Shown here one piece after another: positions 27,808-36,399 of a stretch of DNA of 52,839 bases. The DNA is taken from positions 1 to 52,839 of the forward strand of contig DUNS01000074.1 in assembly GCA_012839235.1 (NCBI GenBank). The letters run 5' to 3'. Under the pieces are notes generated by a model. The model searched no databases, had not been told where the DNA came from, and worked only from the letters and a program-made list of their open reading frames with translations. This stretch comes from Clostridiales bacterium. GTDB lineage: Bacteria > Bacillota > Clostridia > Lachnospirales > Lachnospiraceae. Positions within the stretch are counted from its first letter, which is position 1; each line of letters begins with the position of its first letter. Both the position numbers and the translations under genes were made by a program.

Positions 27808-27869
27808 AATAAGCTCCGATGAGCAAATTGTTCTAAAGAACAAATAACTAAGGATGGAAGGTGACAATT

Positions 27870-28673
27870 TTGGATTTAGCATCCATACTGGGATTAGTAT
27901 TATGTTTTGTAGTAGTTGTATACGGTATTTTGGTTGGCCAAGATAGTTTAATGGTTTTAATGAATTTTGTGGATGTTCCCTCAATATTCATAACCTTTGG
28001 TGGAGCATTTATGGCCGTATTGATAATGTCTCCTAGTCTTAAGGGCTTTGTTGAAAACATTAAAAGCTTTACCTTAATACTAAAGAAAATACCTTCAGAT
28101 GAAGAGGATACCATTAGAATTATTATTGAATTATCCAATATAGCAAGAAAGGAAGGACTACTTGCTTTAGAGGAGGCAGCCAATAATATTGATAATGAGT
28201 TTATGAAGAAGGGTGTATTTCTAATAGTAGATGGTACAGATCCTGAATTAGTAAAAAGCATTATGGAGACTGAGCTTAATAGTATTGAGGAACGTCATGC
28301 AAGTAAGGTTGGTTTTTGGGATAACTTTGCAGCCATGGGTCCTGCATGGGGTATGATTGGTACATTGATTGGACTTATTAACATGCTACAGAAGATGGAC
28401 GATCCTAAATCAATTGGACCTAACATGGCGGTTGCCTTAGTTACCACATTCTATGGTTCAATGCTTGCCAACTGGATATGTATTCCTATTTCAACCAAGT
28501 TGAAGGCTAATACTAATCAAGAGATAAGAGTTAAAGAGGTTATGGTAGAAGGTCTATTATCTATACAAGCAGGTGAAAACCCTAGAGTTATTGAAGAAAA
28601 ACTTAAATCCTTCATATCTCCTGCTAGAAGAAGAATGATGCAGGAACAAGAGGGTGGTGAAGAGATTGGCTAG
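27870..28673 (+). CDS. motA: Flagellar stator A subunit (MotA/MotP/PomA family)
   Basis: ARKEGLLALE, GPAWGMIGTLIGL, AVALVTTFYG, IQAGENPR. TTG start at 27870 follows GGAAGGTGA. Confidence 0.95.
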   Translation: MDLASILGLVLCFVVVVYGILVGQDSLMVLMNFVDVPSIFITFGGAFMAVLIMSPSLKGFVENIKSFTLILKKIPSDEEDTIRIIIELSNIARKEGLLALEEAANNIDNEFMKKGVFLIVDGTDPELVKSIMETELNSIEERHASKVGFWDNFAAMGPAWGMIGTLIGLINMLQKMDDPKSIGPNMAVALVTTFYGSMLANWICIPISTKLKANTNQEIRVKEVMVEGLLSIQAGENPRVIEEKLKSFISPARRRMMQEQEGGEEIG

Positions 28674-29499
28674 AAAGAAAAGAGAGCCGGATGGAGGACC
28701 TGGTCAGCCATGGCTTAATACTTTTGCGGATCTAATGAACCTATTACTATGTTTCTTCGTTATGTTATTTGCTATGTCTGAGGTTAATGTGGAGAAATTC
28801 AATGAAATGTCAGTATCCATGGCAAATTCATTTGGTATATTCCAAGGGGGTTCATCAGTATTTGAAGGTCAATTAATTTCTTCCGGAGTATCTCAGCTTA
28901 ATGACTTAGATGAGTATTATAACAACATGGGTAAGGATCTGGAAGAAGGTGGTTTGGATGAGGTAGAAGGGGCTGGCCCGGATACAGAATTCGATGAAGC
29001 CTTATCCAAAATCCTAAGTGAAATGAAGGCCCTATCAGAACAGATGTATGACTACCTGTCAGGACTTACTGAAGAATATAAGCTTAATTCAGATGTAGAG
29101 TTGGCTATGGATCCAGAATATCAATTTGTTCAAGTGTCCTTAAGAGGCTCTGTACTATTTGACTCAGGTAAAGCAGAAATTAAAGAAGAAGCCAAGCCGG
29201 TTATGGCTAGAATTGGTAAGGTGTTAGAAAAATTTAATGATTACACAATAGAAATAGAAGGCCATACTGACAATGTTCCTATGACCAGTGGAGCATATAA
29301 AGACAACAATTGGCTGTCCTCTGCAAGAGCTTTAAGTGCTGCTGAATATTTACTTGAGAATAGTGATCTTAATCCTGAAAAGTTAAAATATACAGGAAGA
29401 GGAGAATACGAACCTGTTGTTAGTAATGATACACATGCTAACAGAGCAAAAAATCGTAGAATTGAGATAAAAATATATAATGAGTACAGCCGTAAATAA
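28666..29499 (+). CDS. motB: Flagellar stator B subunit (MotB/MotS/PomB family)
   Basis: WLNTFADLMNLLLCFFVML TM; OmpA-like IEGHTD, LSSARA, NRRIEI. Confidence 0.95.
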   Translation: MARKKREPDGGPGQPWLNTFADLMNLLLCFFVMLFAMSEVNVEKFNEMSVSMANSFGIFQGGSSVFEGQLISSGVSQLNDLDEYYNNMGKDLEEGGLDEVEGAGPDTEFDEALSKILSEMKALSEQMYDYLSGLTEEYKLNSDVELAMDPEYQFVQVSLRGSVLFDSGKAEIKEEAKPVMARIGKVLEKFNDYTIEIEGHTDNVPMTSGAYKDNNWLSSARALSAAEYLLENSDLNPEKLKYTGRGEYEPVVSNDTHANRAKNRRIEIKIYNEYSRK

Positions 29500-29546
29500 A
29501 CAAGAATATATACATAAGTTAAAGAATAAGTGAAGGGGATACGATA

Positions 29547-30050
29547 ATGAAGAAAAATATGTTGACAATTGTCATAATGGCTATGACGATAATCAATACA
29601 ATTCTTTTGGCAGCGATTATCTTTGCAATATTGCCTACAGCCAATAAAACAACAAATTTAGTTAACAAGGTTGCAGAGCTCATTGACTTAGAGTTAGAAA
29701 GCAATAAGACAGAGGAGGAAGTTGCCATATCTGATATTGAGACCTATCAGATACCAAAAGAACTTACTATTAACTTGAAAAGAACAGATAATACTAATCA
29801 TTATGCTCTTGTAACTGTTTCTTTATCAATTAATAAGCTTCATGAAGATTATGAAACAATCATGTCAGTAATATCAGGCCATGATAATGAGGTCTCAGAG
29901 ATTGTCGATGAGGAGTTTTCAGCATACTCAATCGATGAAGTTAATGGAAACAAGGATAACATAAAACATAATGTTTTGACAAGAGTACAAAACCATTTTA
30001 GTTCAGATGCAATTTTTAATGTATCCTTTGGAAATATGACCATGCAGTAA
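29547..30050 (+). CDS. fliL: Flagellar basal body-associated protein FliL
   Basis: N-terminal TM, LTINLK; lies before fliM. Confidence 0.85.
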   Translation: MKKNMLTIVIMAMTIINTILLAAIIFAILPTANKTTNLVNKVAELIDLELESNKTEEEVAISDIETYQIPKELTINLKRTDNTNHYALVTVSLSINKLHEDYETIMSVISGHDNEVSEIVDEEFSAYSIDEVNGNKDNIKHNVLTRVQNHFSSDAIFNVSFGNMTMQ

Positions 30051-30114
30051 GAAAAATGGTGATTTTCTTCGAGTTTTATGCTATTATGGGAATAGATTAC
30101 TAGGAGGAATGAGA

Positions 30115-31095
30115 ATGAGCGATGTCTTATCCCAAAACGAAATAGATAACCTACTTGCGGCGATAAGTAGTGGAGAATTGGACGCTGATGAATACAAGCA
30201 AACAAGTGAAGTTAAGGTGAAAAACTATGACTTTGCTAGACCGTCTAAGTTTTCCAAGGAACATCTTCGAACATTGAATATAATATTTGAACATTATGGA
30301 CGATTGCTTTCTACTCATCTTCCAGCATATTTACGAAAAACTGTTCAAGTTGAAGTAGTTAATTCCGAGGCCGTTACATATTCTGAATTCTCTAACGCCC
30401 TATCCAATCCTGTTCTGCTGGGTATTATTGATTTTGCACCATTAGAAGGTAATATCTTAATTGAGCTAGCAGATAATCTGGGTTACGCCATAGTAGATAG
30501 AATGCTAGGTGGAGGAGGATATCCTTTAGAAAAGGTTCGGGAATTTTCGGAAATAGAGTTAACTATAATTGAAAGAATATTTAATATATGTACGAATTTA
30601 CTGAGAGAACCCTGGGAGAATGTTATACAATTGCAGCCTAGATTACTGAGGATAGAGACGAATTCACAATTTGCACAGATTATATCCCCCAGTGAGATGA
30701 CTTCAATTGTTACATTAAATATAAAAATAGGCAATATTGAGGGAATGATGAATGTCTGTCTTCCATATGTATGCCTTGAGAAAGTTATTGATAAGCTGAA
30801 TACAAAGTATTGGTATTCAACTATGCAATTGAAAGATGATAAGTCCTATGATGATCTAATTGAGATTGCAATATCAAAGGCGAGAGTGCCAATTCGTGCA
30901 GTTATTGGGAAAAGTACAATTTCCGTTAACGATTTTATCAATATGCAGCAGGGAGATATCATTAAACTGAATGGTAAGATTGAAGATGAGATGGAAATCT
31001 ATGTAGGTAATATACATAAGTTTGATGGTTTTCCAGGATCGTCTTCAGGCTCATATGCGGTAAAGGTTTCATCTATAATTCGAGGAGAGGAGTAA
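30115..31095 (+). CDS. fliM: Flagellar motor switch protein FliM
   Basis: MSDVLSQNEIDNLL CheY-binding motif, YDFARPSKFSKE, MLGGGG. Confidence 0.97.
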   Translation: MSDVLSQNEIDNLLAAISSGELDADEYKQTSEVKVKNYDFARPSKFSKEHLRTLNIIFEHYGRLLSTHLPAYLRKTVQVEVVNSEAVTYSEFSNALSNPVLLGIIDFAPLEGNILIELADNLGYAIVDRMLGGGGYPLEKVREFSEIELTIIERIFNICTNLLREPWENVIQLQPRLLRIETNSQFAQIISPSEMTSIVTLNIKIGNIEGMMNVCLPYVCLEKVIDKLNTKYWYSTMQLKDDKSYDDLIEIAISKARVPIRAVIGKSTISVNDFINMQQGDIIKLNGKIEDEMEIYVGNIHKFDGFPGSSSGSYAVKVSSIIRGEE

Positions 31096-31101
31096 CATGC
31101 A

Positions 31102-32274
31102 ATGGATGGTATGCTGTCTCAAGAGGAGATAAATGCTTTATTAAACGGAGTAGTAGGAGATACGTCTGAAGTAGATATGACACTTACTGATGCTGAAAAA
31201 GATGCTATTGGAGAAATATCAAATATTAGTATGGGAACATCAGCAACAACACTTTCTTCCTTAGTTAATCAAAGGGTTGTTATAACAGCACCAGTTGTGG
31301 AATATGCCAAATGGGAGGATATTGCCCAAAGCTATGACAAGCCCTGTGTATTCATACAGATTTATTATGCGGATGGACTTGATGGCAATAATATACTGAT
31401 TTTAAAAGAAAAAGATGTCAAGGTGATAGCTGACTTGATGATGGGAGGAGAAGGGGAACATGTAGAAGGTCCCTTATCCGATTTCCACTTAAGTGCTATA
31501 AGTGAAGCTATGAACCAGATGATGGGGTCGGCAGCTACCTCAGTATCGTCAATGCTTGAAACCAGAGTGAATATTAGTCCACCGGAATCACAGATTGTTG
31601 ACATGGATACTAATGTTGATGGAGAAAATATTGCTGAATTCTTAAAAGATTCATTTGTTAGAGTATCCTTTAGGATGCAGATTGGTGATTTGGTTGATAG
31701 TGTATTAATGCAACTCTATCCCTTTGAGTTTGCTAAAGATCTTTATCAAAGATTTATCAGTACGACGGCTTATGCGGATAAGACACCTACTAAAAGTGCC
31801 ACAGAGCCCGAGGCTAAAGAGCAAGCACAAGCACAACCACAACCACAAGCACAGCAGCAACCTCAGATGCAGCCACAAGGGCAGGGGAATAATCCATATG
31901 CTGGAATGCAATTTCAAAACCCCGGTGGTATGCCTCAGACTGGACAATATATGATGCAACCTATGCAGGATGTCAATGTATCTCAAGTTCAATTTGCTCC
32001 CTTTATGCCTACTGCTAACATGGCCAACGCTCCAGAGAATATAGATATTTTAATGGACGTGCCCCTTGAAGTTACAGTAGAGCTAGGAAGAACCAGTAAA
32101 TCGATAAAAGATATACTTGATTTTACACCTGGAACTATTATAGAATTGAATCGTTTAGCTGGTGAGCCTATTGATGTATTAGTTAATGGTAAATACGTTG
32201 CAAAAGGTGAAGTAGTAGTTATGGAAGAAGCATTTGGTATTCGAATAACTGAGATTACAAAGCAAACAATATAA
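31102..32274 (+). CDS. fliY: Flagellar switch phosphatase FliY
   Basis: LSQEEINALL, two CheC-like motifs (EISNISMG, EAMNQMMG), Gln/Pro linker, FliN-like C-terminus. Confidence 0.95.
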   Translation: MDGMLSQEEINALLNGVVGDTSEVDMTLTDAEKDAIGEISNISMGTSATTLSSLVNQRVVITAPVVEYAKWEDIAQSYDKPCVFIQIYYADGLDGNNILILKEKDVKVIADLMMGGEGEHVEGPLSDFHLSAISEAMNQMMGSAATSVSSMLETRVNISPPESQIVDMDTNVDGENIAEFLKDSFVRVSFRMQIGDLVDSVLMQLYPFEFAKDLYQRFISTTAYADKTPTKSATEPEAKEQAQAQPQPQAQQQPQMQPQGQGNNPYAGMQFQNPGGMPQTGQYMMQPMQDVNVSQVQFAPFMPTANMANAPENIDILMDVPLEVTVELGRTSKSIKDILDFTPGTIIELNRLAGEPIDVLVNGKYVAKGEVVVMEEAFGIRITEITKQTI

Positions 32275-32308
32275 AGTTTACTAAGATAAAAAGGATAGGA
32301 GAATAAGT

Positions 32309-32671
32309 ATGGCAAAAAGTATTTTAATTTGCGACGATGCGGCGTTCATGAGAATGATGATAAAGGATATCTTGACTAAGAATGGCTATAACATCGCAGG
32401 AGAAGCAGAAAATGGATTAAAGGCAATCGAAAAATATATGGAGACAAAGCCTGATCTTGTTATGATGGATATTACTATGCCTGAGATGGATGGTATTCAG
32501 GCACTTAAGAAAATCAAGGCTGCCGATCCAAGTGCTAATATTATTATGTGTTCAGCTATGGGTCAACAAGCGATGGTAATAGAATCAATTCAATCTGGAG
32601 CGAAGGATTTTATAGTAAAGCCTTTCCAAGCAGATCGTGTTCTTGAGGCAGTAAAAAAAGCAGTAGGTTGA
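32309..32671 (+). CDS. cheY: Chemotaxis response regulator CheY
   Basis: DDAAFMRMMIKDIL, MDITMPEMDG, CSAMGQQ, FIVKPF. Confidence 0.96.
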   Translation: MAKSILICDDAAFMRMMIKDILTKNGYNIAGEAENGLKAIEKYMETKPDLVMMDITMPEMDGIQALKKIKAADPSANIIMCSAMGQQAMVIESIQSGAKDFIVKPFQADRVLEAVKKAVG

Positions 32672-32674
32672 TAG

Positions 32675-32748
32675 TTGAAAAATCAAGATTTTTCAATCGC
32701 AAATTTGTGCCTTTGGCCAAAGGTTTGCAGTCTGTGACGAAAGGAATG
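32675..32748 (+). repeat. Family 2 repeat, cheY-fliO copy (hairpin + module D)
   Basis: TTGAAAAATC/GATTTTTCAA hairpin; 32703-32748 matches 27561-27606 at 40/46, ungapped. Confidence 0.85.
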
Positions 32749-32756
32749 TCATTGGT

Positions 32757-33200
32757 GTGAAAATTAATAACTTAGCTATGTTGCTGAAATCGGATATTGT
32801 CGATCAGCTTAATTCCGGAATTGCTGAAGATAAGGTTAGAATACCTTCTACTTCCAATAGTATTTGGGAATTAATTGGCTTGGTTTTATTGTTAATAGTA
32901 ATCCTCATCGCTACATATTATACAACTAAATTTGTAGGTAGGGTTAAAGGGAACCAAATTAAAACAGGTAACTTTGAACTTATTGATAGTTATCGTATTG
33001 CTCCAAATAAAATGCTTCAGATTATTAAAGTCTCTGATAAGTATCTAGTTATAGCTATAAGTAAAGATACTATAGAGTTTATTACTGAATTGGAGGAAGA
33101 CAGGGTCACTTTAAGAGATGAGGTTCCTACAAATAAAGAGAGCTTCAAAAAAGTCTTTGATATTATTAAGAAAAAGTATGAAGCAGATAAAAATAAGTAG
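32757..33200 (+). CDS. fliO: Flagellar biosynthesis protein FliO/FliZ
   Basis: Single TM followed by IAPNKMLQIIKV..KYLVIA; lies before fliP; start uncertain. Confidence 0.85.
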   Translation: MKINNLAMLLKSDIVDQLNSGIAEDKVRIPSTSNSIWELIGLVLLLIVILIATYYTTKFVGRVKGNQIKTGNFELIDSYRIAPNKMLQIIKVSDKYLVIAISKDTIEFITELEEDRVTLRDEVPTNKESFKKVFDIIKKKYEADKNK

Positions 33201-33218
33201 AAGCAAAGGTTGGTATTC

Positions 33219-34055
33219 ATGAATTTACTAAATCGTAAGCATATAAGAAAAAAGACGATATGGATAGTAATGCTGTTAATCTTCATTGGTGTATTAACCT
33301 TCTTCACAAACTCACAAAATGTAAAGGCTGCAACTGTAGAAGATACAATAGTTAGTGGACAATCTGGTAATATAGCTGGAGAATTAGGTCCTCTCCAGTT
33401 TACACTAACCTCAGATGAAGATTCTAATGGTCTTTCTTCTACTTTGCAGATATTACTAATTCTTACCATAATTACCTTAGCACCATCTATTTTAATTATG
33501 GTAACATCATTTACAAGAATTATTATAGTTATGCACTTTGTTCGCTCAGCGTTAGGAACTCAAACGACTCCTCCAAATCAAGTATTGGTTGGATTAGCCT
33601 TGTTCTTAACACTTTTTATTATGTCTCCAGTTTTTACGCAGATTAATACGGAGGCTATACAACCCCTGGCTGCCAATGAGATATCCCAAGAAGAAGCTTT
33701 TGCTGTAGGAATGACGCCTTTAAGAACATTTATGCTTGAGCAAACTGAGGTTAAGGATTTAAGACTCTTTATGGATATAGCAGGTATTGGCACAGTTGAT
33801 ACAGTAGATGATATACCCATAACTGTAATTATTCCTTCATTTATTATTAGTGAATTACGTACTGCATTTATTATAGGATTTTTAATTTACATACCTTTTA
33901 TTATTATCGATATGGTTGTTGCATCTACCCTAATGTCAATGGGTATGATGATGCTACCGCCTTCGATGATTTCATTGCCATTTAAGATACTATTATTCGT
34001 CGTAGTAGATGGTTGGAACCTTATTGTTGGGGAACTTGTTAAGACATTTTTCTAA
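33219..34055 (+). CDS. fliP: Flagellar export gate protein FliP
   Basis: TSFTRIIIV, TPPNQVL, MGMMMLPP, LPFKILLFV. Start 33210 or 33219. Confidence 0.96.
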   Translation: MNLLNRKHIRKKTIWIVMLLIFIGVLTFFTNSQNVKAATVEDTIVSGQSGNIAGELGPLQFTLTSDEDSNGLSSTLQILLILTIITLAPSILIMVTSFTRIIIVMHFVRSALGTQTTPPNQVLVGLALFLTLFIMSPVFTQINTEAIQPLAANEISQEEAFAVGMTPLRTFMLEQTEVKDLRLFMDIAGIGTVDTVDDIPITVIIPSFIISELRTAFIIGFLIYIPFIIIDMVVASTLMSMGMMMLPPSMISLPFKILLFVVVDGWNLIVGELVKTFF

Positions 34056-34070
34056 TAGGAGTAAGATTGT

Positions 34071-34346
34071 ATGAATGAAAATATCATAATTGATATAGCC
34101 AGACAGGCGATATTACTTGTATTAAAATTGGCTGCCCCTATGCTAGTAGTATCTTTAGTAATAGGTCTTGTCGTAAGTGTTTTGCAGACGGTTACATCAA
34201 TACAGGAACAAACCCTCACATTTGTCCCTAAATTGATTGGAGTGTTTTTAACACTTATGTTATTTGGTAATTGGATTATGACATCCATTGCTGAATTTAC
34301 AACAGAACTTATTACTAACTTTAGCTATTATATTGATGTGTTATGA
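34071..34346 (+). CDS. fliQ: Flagellar export gate protein FliQ
   Basis: QTVTSIQEQTLTFVPK. Confidence 0.96.
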   Translation: MNENIIIDIARQAILLVLKLAAPMLVVSLVIGLVVSVLQTVTSIQEQTLTFVPKLIGVFLTLMLFGNWIMTSIAEFTTELITNFSYYIDVL

Positions 34347-35110
34347 GTGTTAATTTTGATGATTTTGAAGTGTTTTTTTTGATACTTGTGAGGATTAGCG
34401 GATTTATGTTCACGGCTCCTTTTTTTTCGTTGAGAAATGTACCCATCCGTGTTAAGACGGGTTTGGCGATTTTTATAACATTTATTCTGGTTTTTACTAT
34501 TCCAAGTGAACCTTTAGAATATATAGGAGTAATAGGTTTTGGGATATTAGTAGTGGAAGAAGCTATAATAGGAGTGGTAATTGGATTTTTTGCTAATATT
34601 GCTCACTATATTATAAACTTCGCGGGAAAGTTTATTGATATGGAAATTGGTTTTTCAATGGTAAATCAACTTGATCCAACAACTAGTATCCAATCAACCA
34701 TAACTGCTAATTTGTATAGTTACTTAGTAATCCTATTAATGATGGTTACGAATTTACACCATTATTTTCTTAAAGCAATAGTTGATACCTTTCAAGTGAT
34801 ACCAGTAGGTCAGGTTAATATTAATCCGATGATTTACCAGTTAATGGTGCGTTTTATGTCTGAGTATTTAATTATTGGATTTCGTATAGTTCTTCCGATA
34901 TTTGGTGCAATACTACTTGTTAACGCAATCTTGGGGATATTGGCAAAGATAGCTCCCCAGATGAATATGTTTGTTATTGGTATGCAGCTTAAGCTTTTAG
35001 TAGGACTTTTTGTACTTACCTTAGTCATTGAGCTTATACCTTCTGTGGCAGACTTTATATTCAATGAAATGATTGAGATGATTAAGTCGTCGATAGAATT
35101 TTTCAAATAA
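34343..35110 (+). CDS. fliR: Flagellar export gate protein FliR
   Basis: RISGFMFTAPFF, AGKFIDMEIGF, KIAPQMNMF. Confidence 0.95.
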   Translation: MSVNFDDFEVFFLILVRISGFMFTAPFFSLRNVPIRVKTGLAIFITFILVFTIPSEPLEYIGVIGFGILVVEEAIIGVVIGFFANIAHYIINFAGKFIDMEIGFSMVNQLDPTTSIQSTITANLYSYLVILLMMVTNLHHYFLKAIVDTFQVIPVGQVNINPMIYQLMVRFMSEYLIIGFRIVLPIFGAILLVNAILGILAKIAPQMNMFVIGMQLKLLVGLFVLTLVIELIPSVADFIFNEMIEMIKSSIEFFK

Positions 35111-35130
35111 TGAAAGGAATGGTTATTAGT

Positions 35131-36255
35131 TTGAAAGAAGATATTCTTTATAATGTTAATTACCTAATTCCTTATGATATCCAATTTTTCGCAAAGGACG
35201 ATGGTGGGGATAAAACAGAAGAACCTACCACCAAGAAGCTATCTGATGCTAGAAAAGAAGGACAAGTAGCTAAAAGCACTGAGTTAATTACAGCTTCAGG
35301 ACTTCTTACATTATTTGTTGCACTAAAGATATTTGTAGGATATATATCAGAACAGTTTATACAGGTGTTTTATAGGACTTATAGCAGTATTGATAGGATA
35401 GCCAGTGAGGAGTTCAATTCCAACGTATTTACAGTATTATTTTCTGATGGGTTATGGTCAATATTAAAGATTTGCTTACCAATTTTTCTAATGATAACGG
35501 TAACCTCCTTTGCAGTAGTAGCATTTCAGGTCAAATGGAAGGTATCTGGCAAGCTGATCATGCCAAAGTTTAGTAAAATAAACCCTATAAGTGGATTTTC
35601 AAAAATTTTTAGTAAGGATAAAGTTGTTGAGTTAATTGTTTCAGTAGTTAAGATATTGATAATTATATATATAGTAAAGGACGCTCTTAAGGATCATTGG
35701 CGCTTATTATTAACATTATACGATTATAGCTTGCTCCAGGCGGTTGCACTTATAGGTGATATCATTATCGATCTTGGATTACAGATTAGTTTTGTGTTTT
35801 TGATTATTGGATGTGCTGATTATATATATCAGAAGTTCAAGTTTAGAAAAGATATGAGGATGACAAAACAAGAAGTCAAGGATGAATTTAAAAATTCAGA
35901 GGGTGATCCTCAGATTAAAAGTAAGATTAGAGCCCGAATGAGAGAAGCTTCACAAAGAAGAATGATGCAGGAACTACCACAAGCGGATGTTGTAATCACT
36001 AACCCTACTCATTTGGCGGCAGCAATAAAATATGACAAAGAAAGCTCGGATGCACCTATTTTGATTGCAAAGGGCGCTGATTATCTAGCGATGAAAATAA
36101 AGGAAGTCGCTAAAGAGAACAAAATTGAAATTGTAGAAAACAAACCCTTAGCCAGGATGCTATATTATAATGTTGAGCTAGGAGCTGAGATACCTCCTGA
36201 GCTATATCAGATGACAGCAGAAGTATTGGCTTATGTATACGGGTTGAATAAATAG
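35131..36255 (+). CDS. flhB: Flagellar export protein FlhB
   Basis: KTEEPT.KKL.DARKEGQVAKS, EGDPQIK, NPTH autocleavage motif. Start TTG 35131 (SD upstream) or ATG 35110. Confidence 0.96.
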   Translation: MKEDILYNVNYLIPYDIQFFAKDDGGDKTEEPTTKKLSDARKEGQVAKSTELITASGLLTLFVALKIFVGYISEQFIQVFYRTYSSIDRIASEEFNSNVFTVLFSDGLWSILKICLPIFLMITVTSFAVVAFQVKWKVSGKLIMPKFSKINPISGFSKIFSKDKVVELIVSVVKILIIIYIVKDALKDHWRLLLTLYDYSLLQAVALIGDIIIDLGLQISFVFLIIGCADYIYQKFKFRKDMRMTKQEVKDEFKNSEGDPQIKSKIRARMREASQRRMMQELPQADVVITNPTHLAAAIKYDKESSDAPILIAKGADYLAMKIKEVAKENKIEIVENKPLARMLYYNVELGAEIPPELYQMTAEVLAYVYGLNK

Positions 36256-36270
36256 ATTTTCGGAGGATAG

Positions 36271-36390
36271 TGTGAAGGAAGTTCGCACAGAAGAACTGCG
36301 AAGTTCGCACAGCGGTGCTAATTCCTTGTTCTTCCCGTTTTTGAGATGCTGCATATCGGCATCATATAGCAAGTTATGAAGAAAGGCAAG
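36271..36390 (+). repeat. Family 2 repeat, flhB-flhA copy (H1-H3 hairpins, module C, tail)
   Basis: 36282-36344 matches 39651-39713 at 55/63, ungapped; tail GCAAGTTATGAAGAAAGGCAAG. Confidence 0.88.
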
Positions 36391-36399
36391 GTTATTAAT

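Noticed and set aside
27796-27822. Sigma-28 promoter before motA (TCCGATGA)
   Set aside because: No TAAA -35 at the required spacing.
31820-31885. CAA/CAG-rich short repeats in fliY
   Set aside because: Ordinary Gln/Pro linker between the CheC-like and FliN-like domains.
34373-34427. Two T8 tracts in fliR (and an A8 in fliI at 21406-21413) as phase-variation sites
   Set aside because: Frames are intact, and 8-nt A/T runs encoding Phe or Lys are expected in AT-rich DNA.
35111-35121. TGAAAGGAATG before flhB as a family 2 tail
   Set aside because: Explained as an ordinary Firmicute Shine-Dalgarno; no upstream module sequence.
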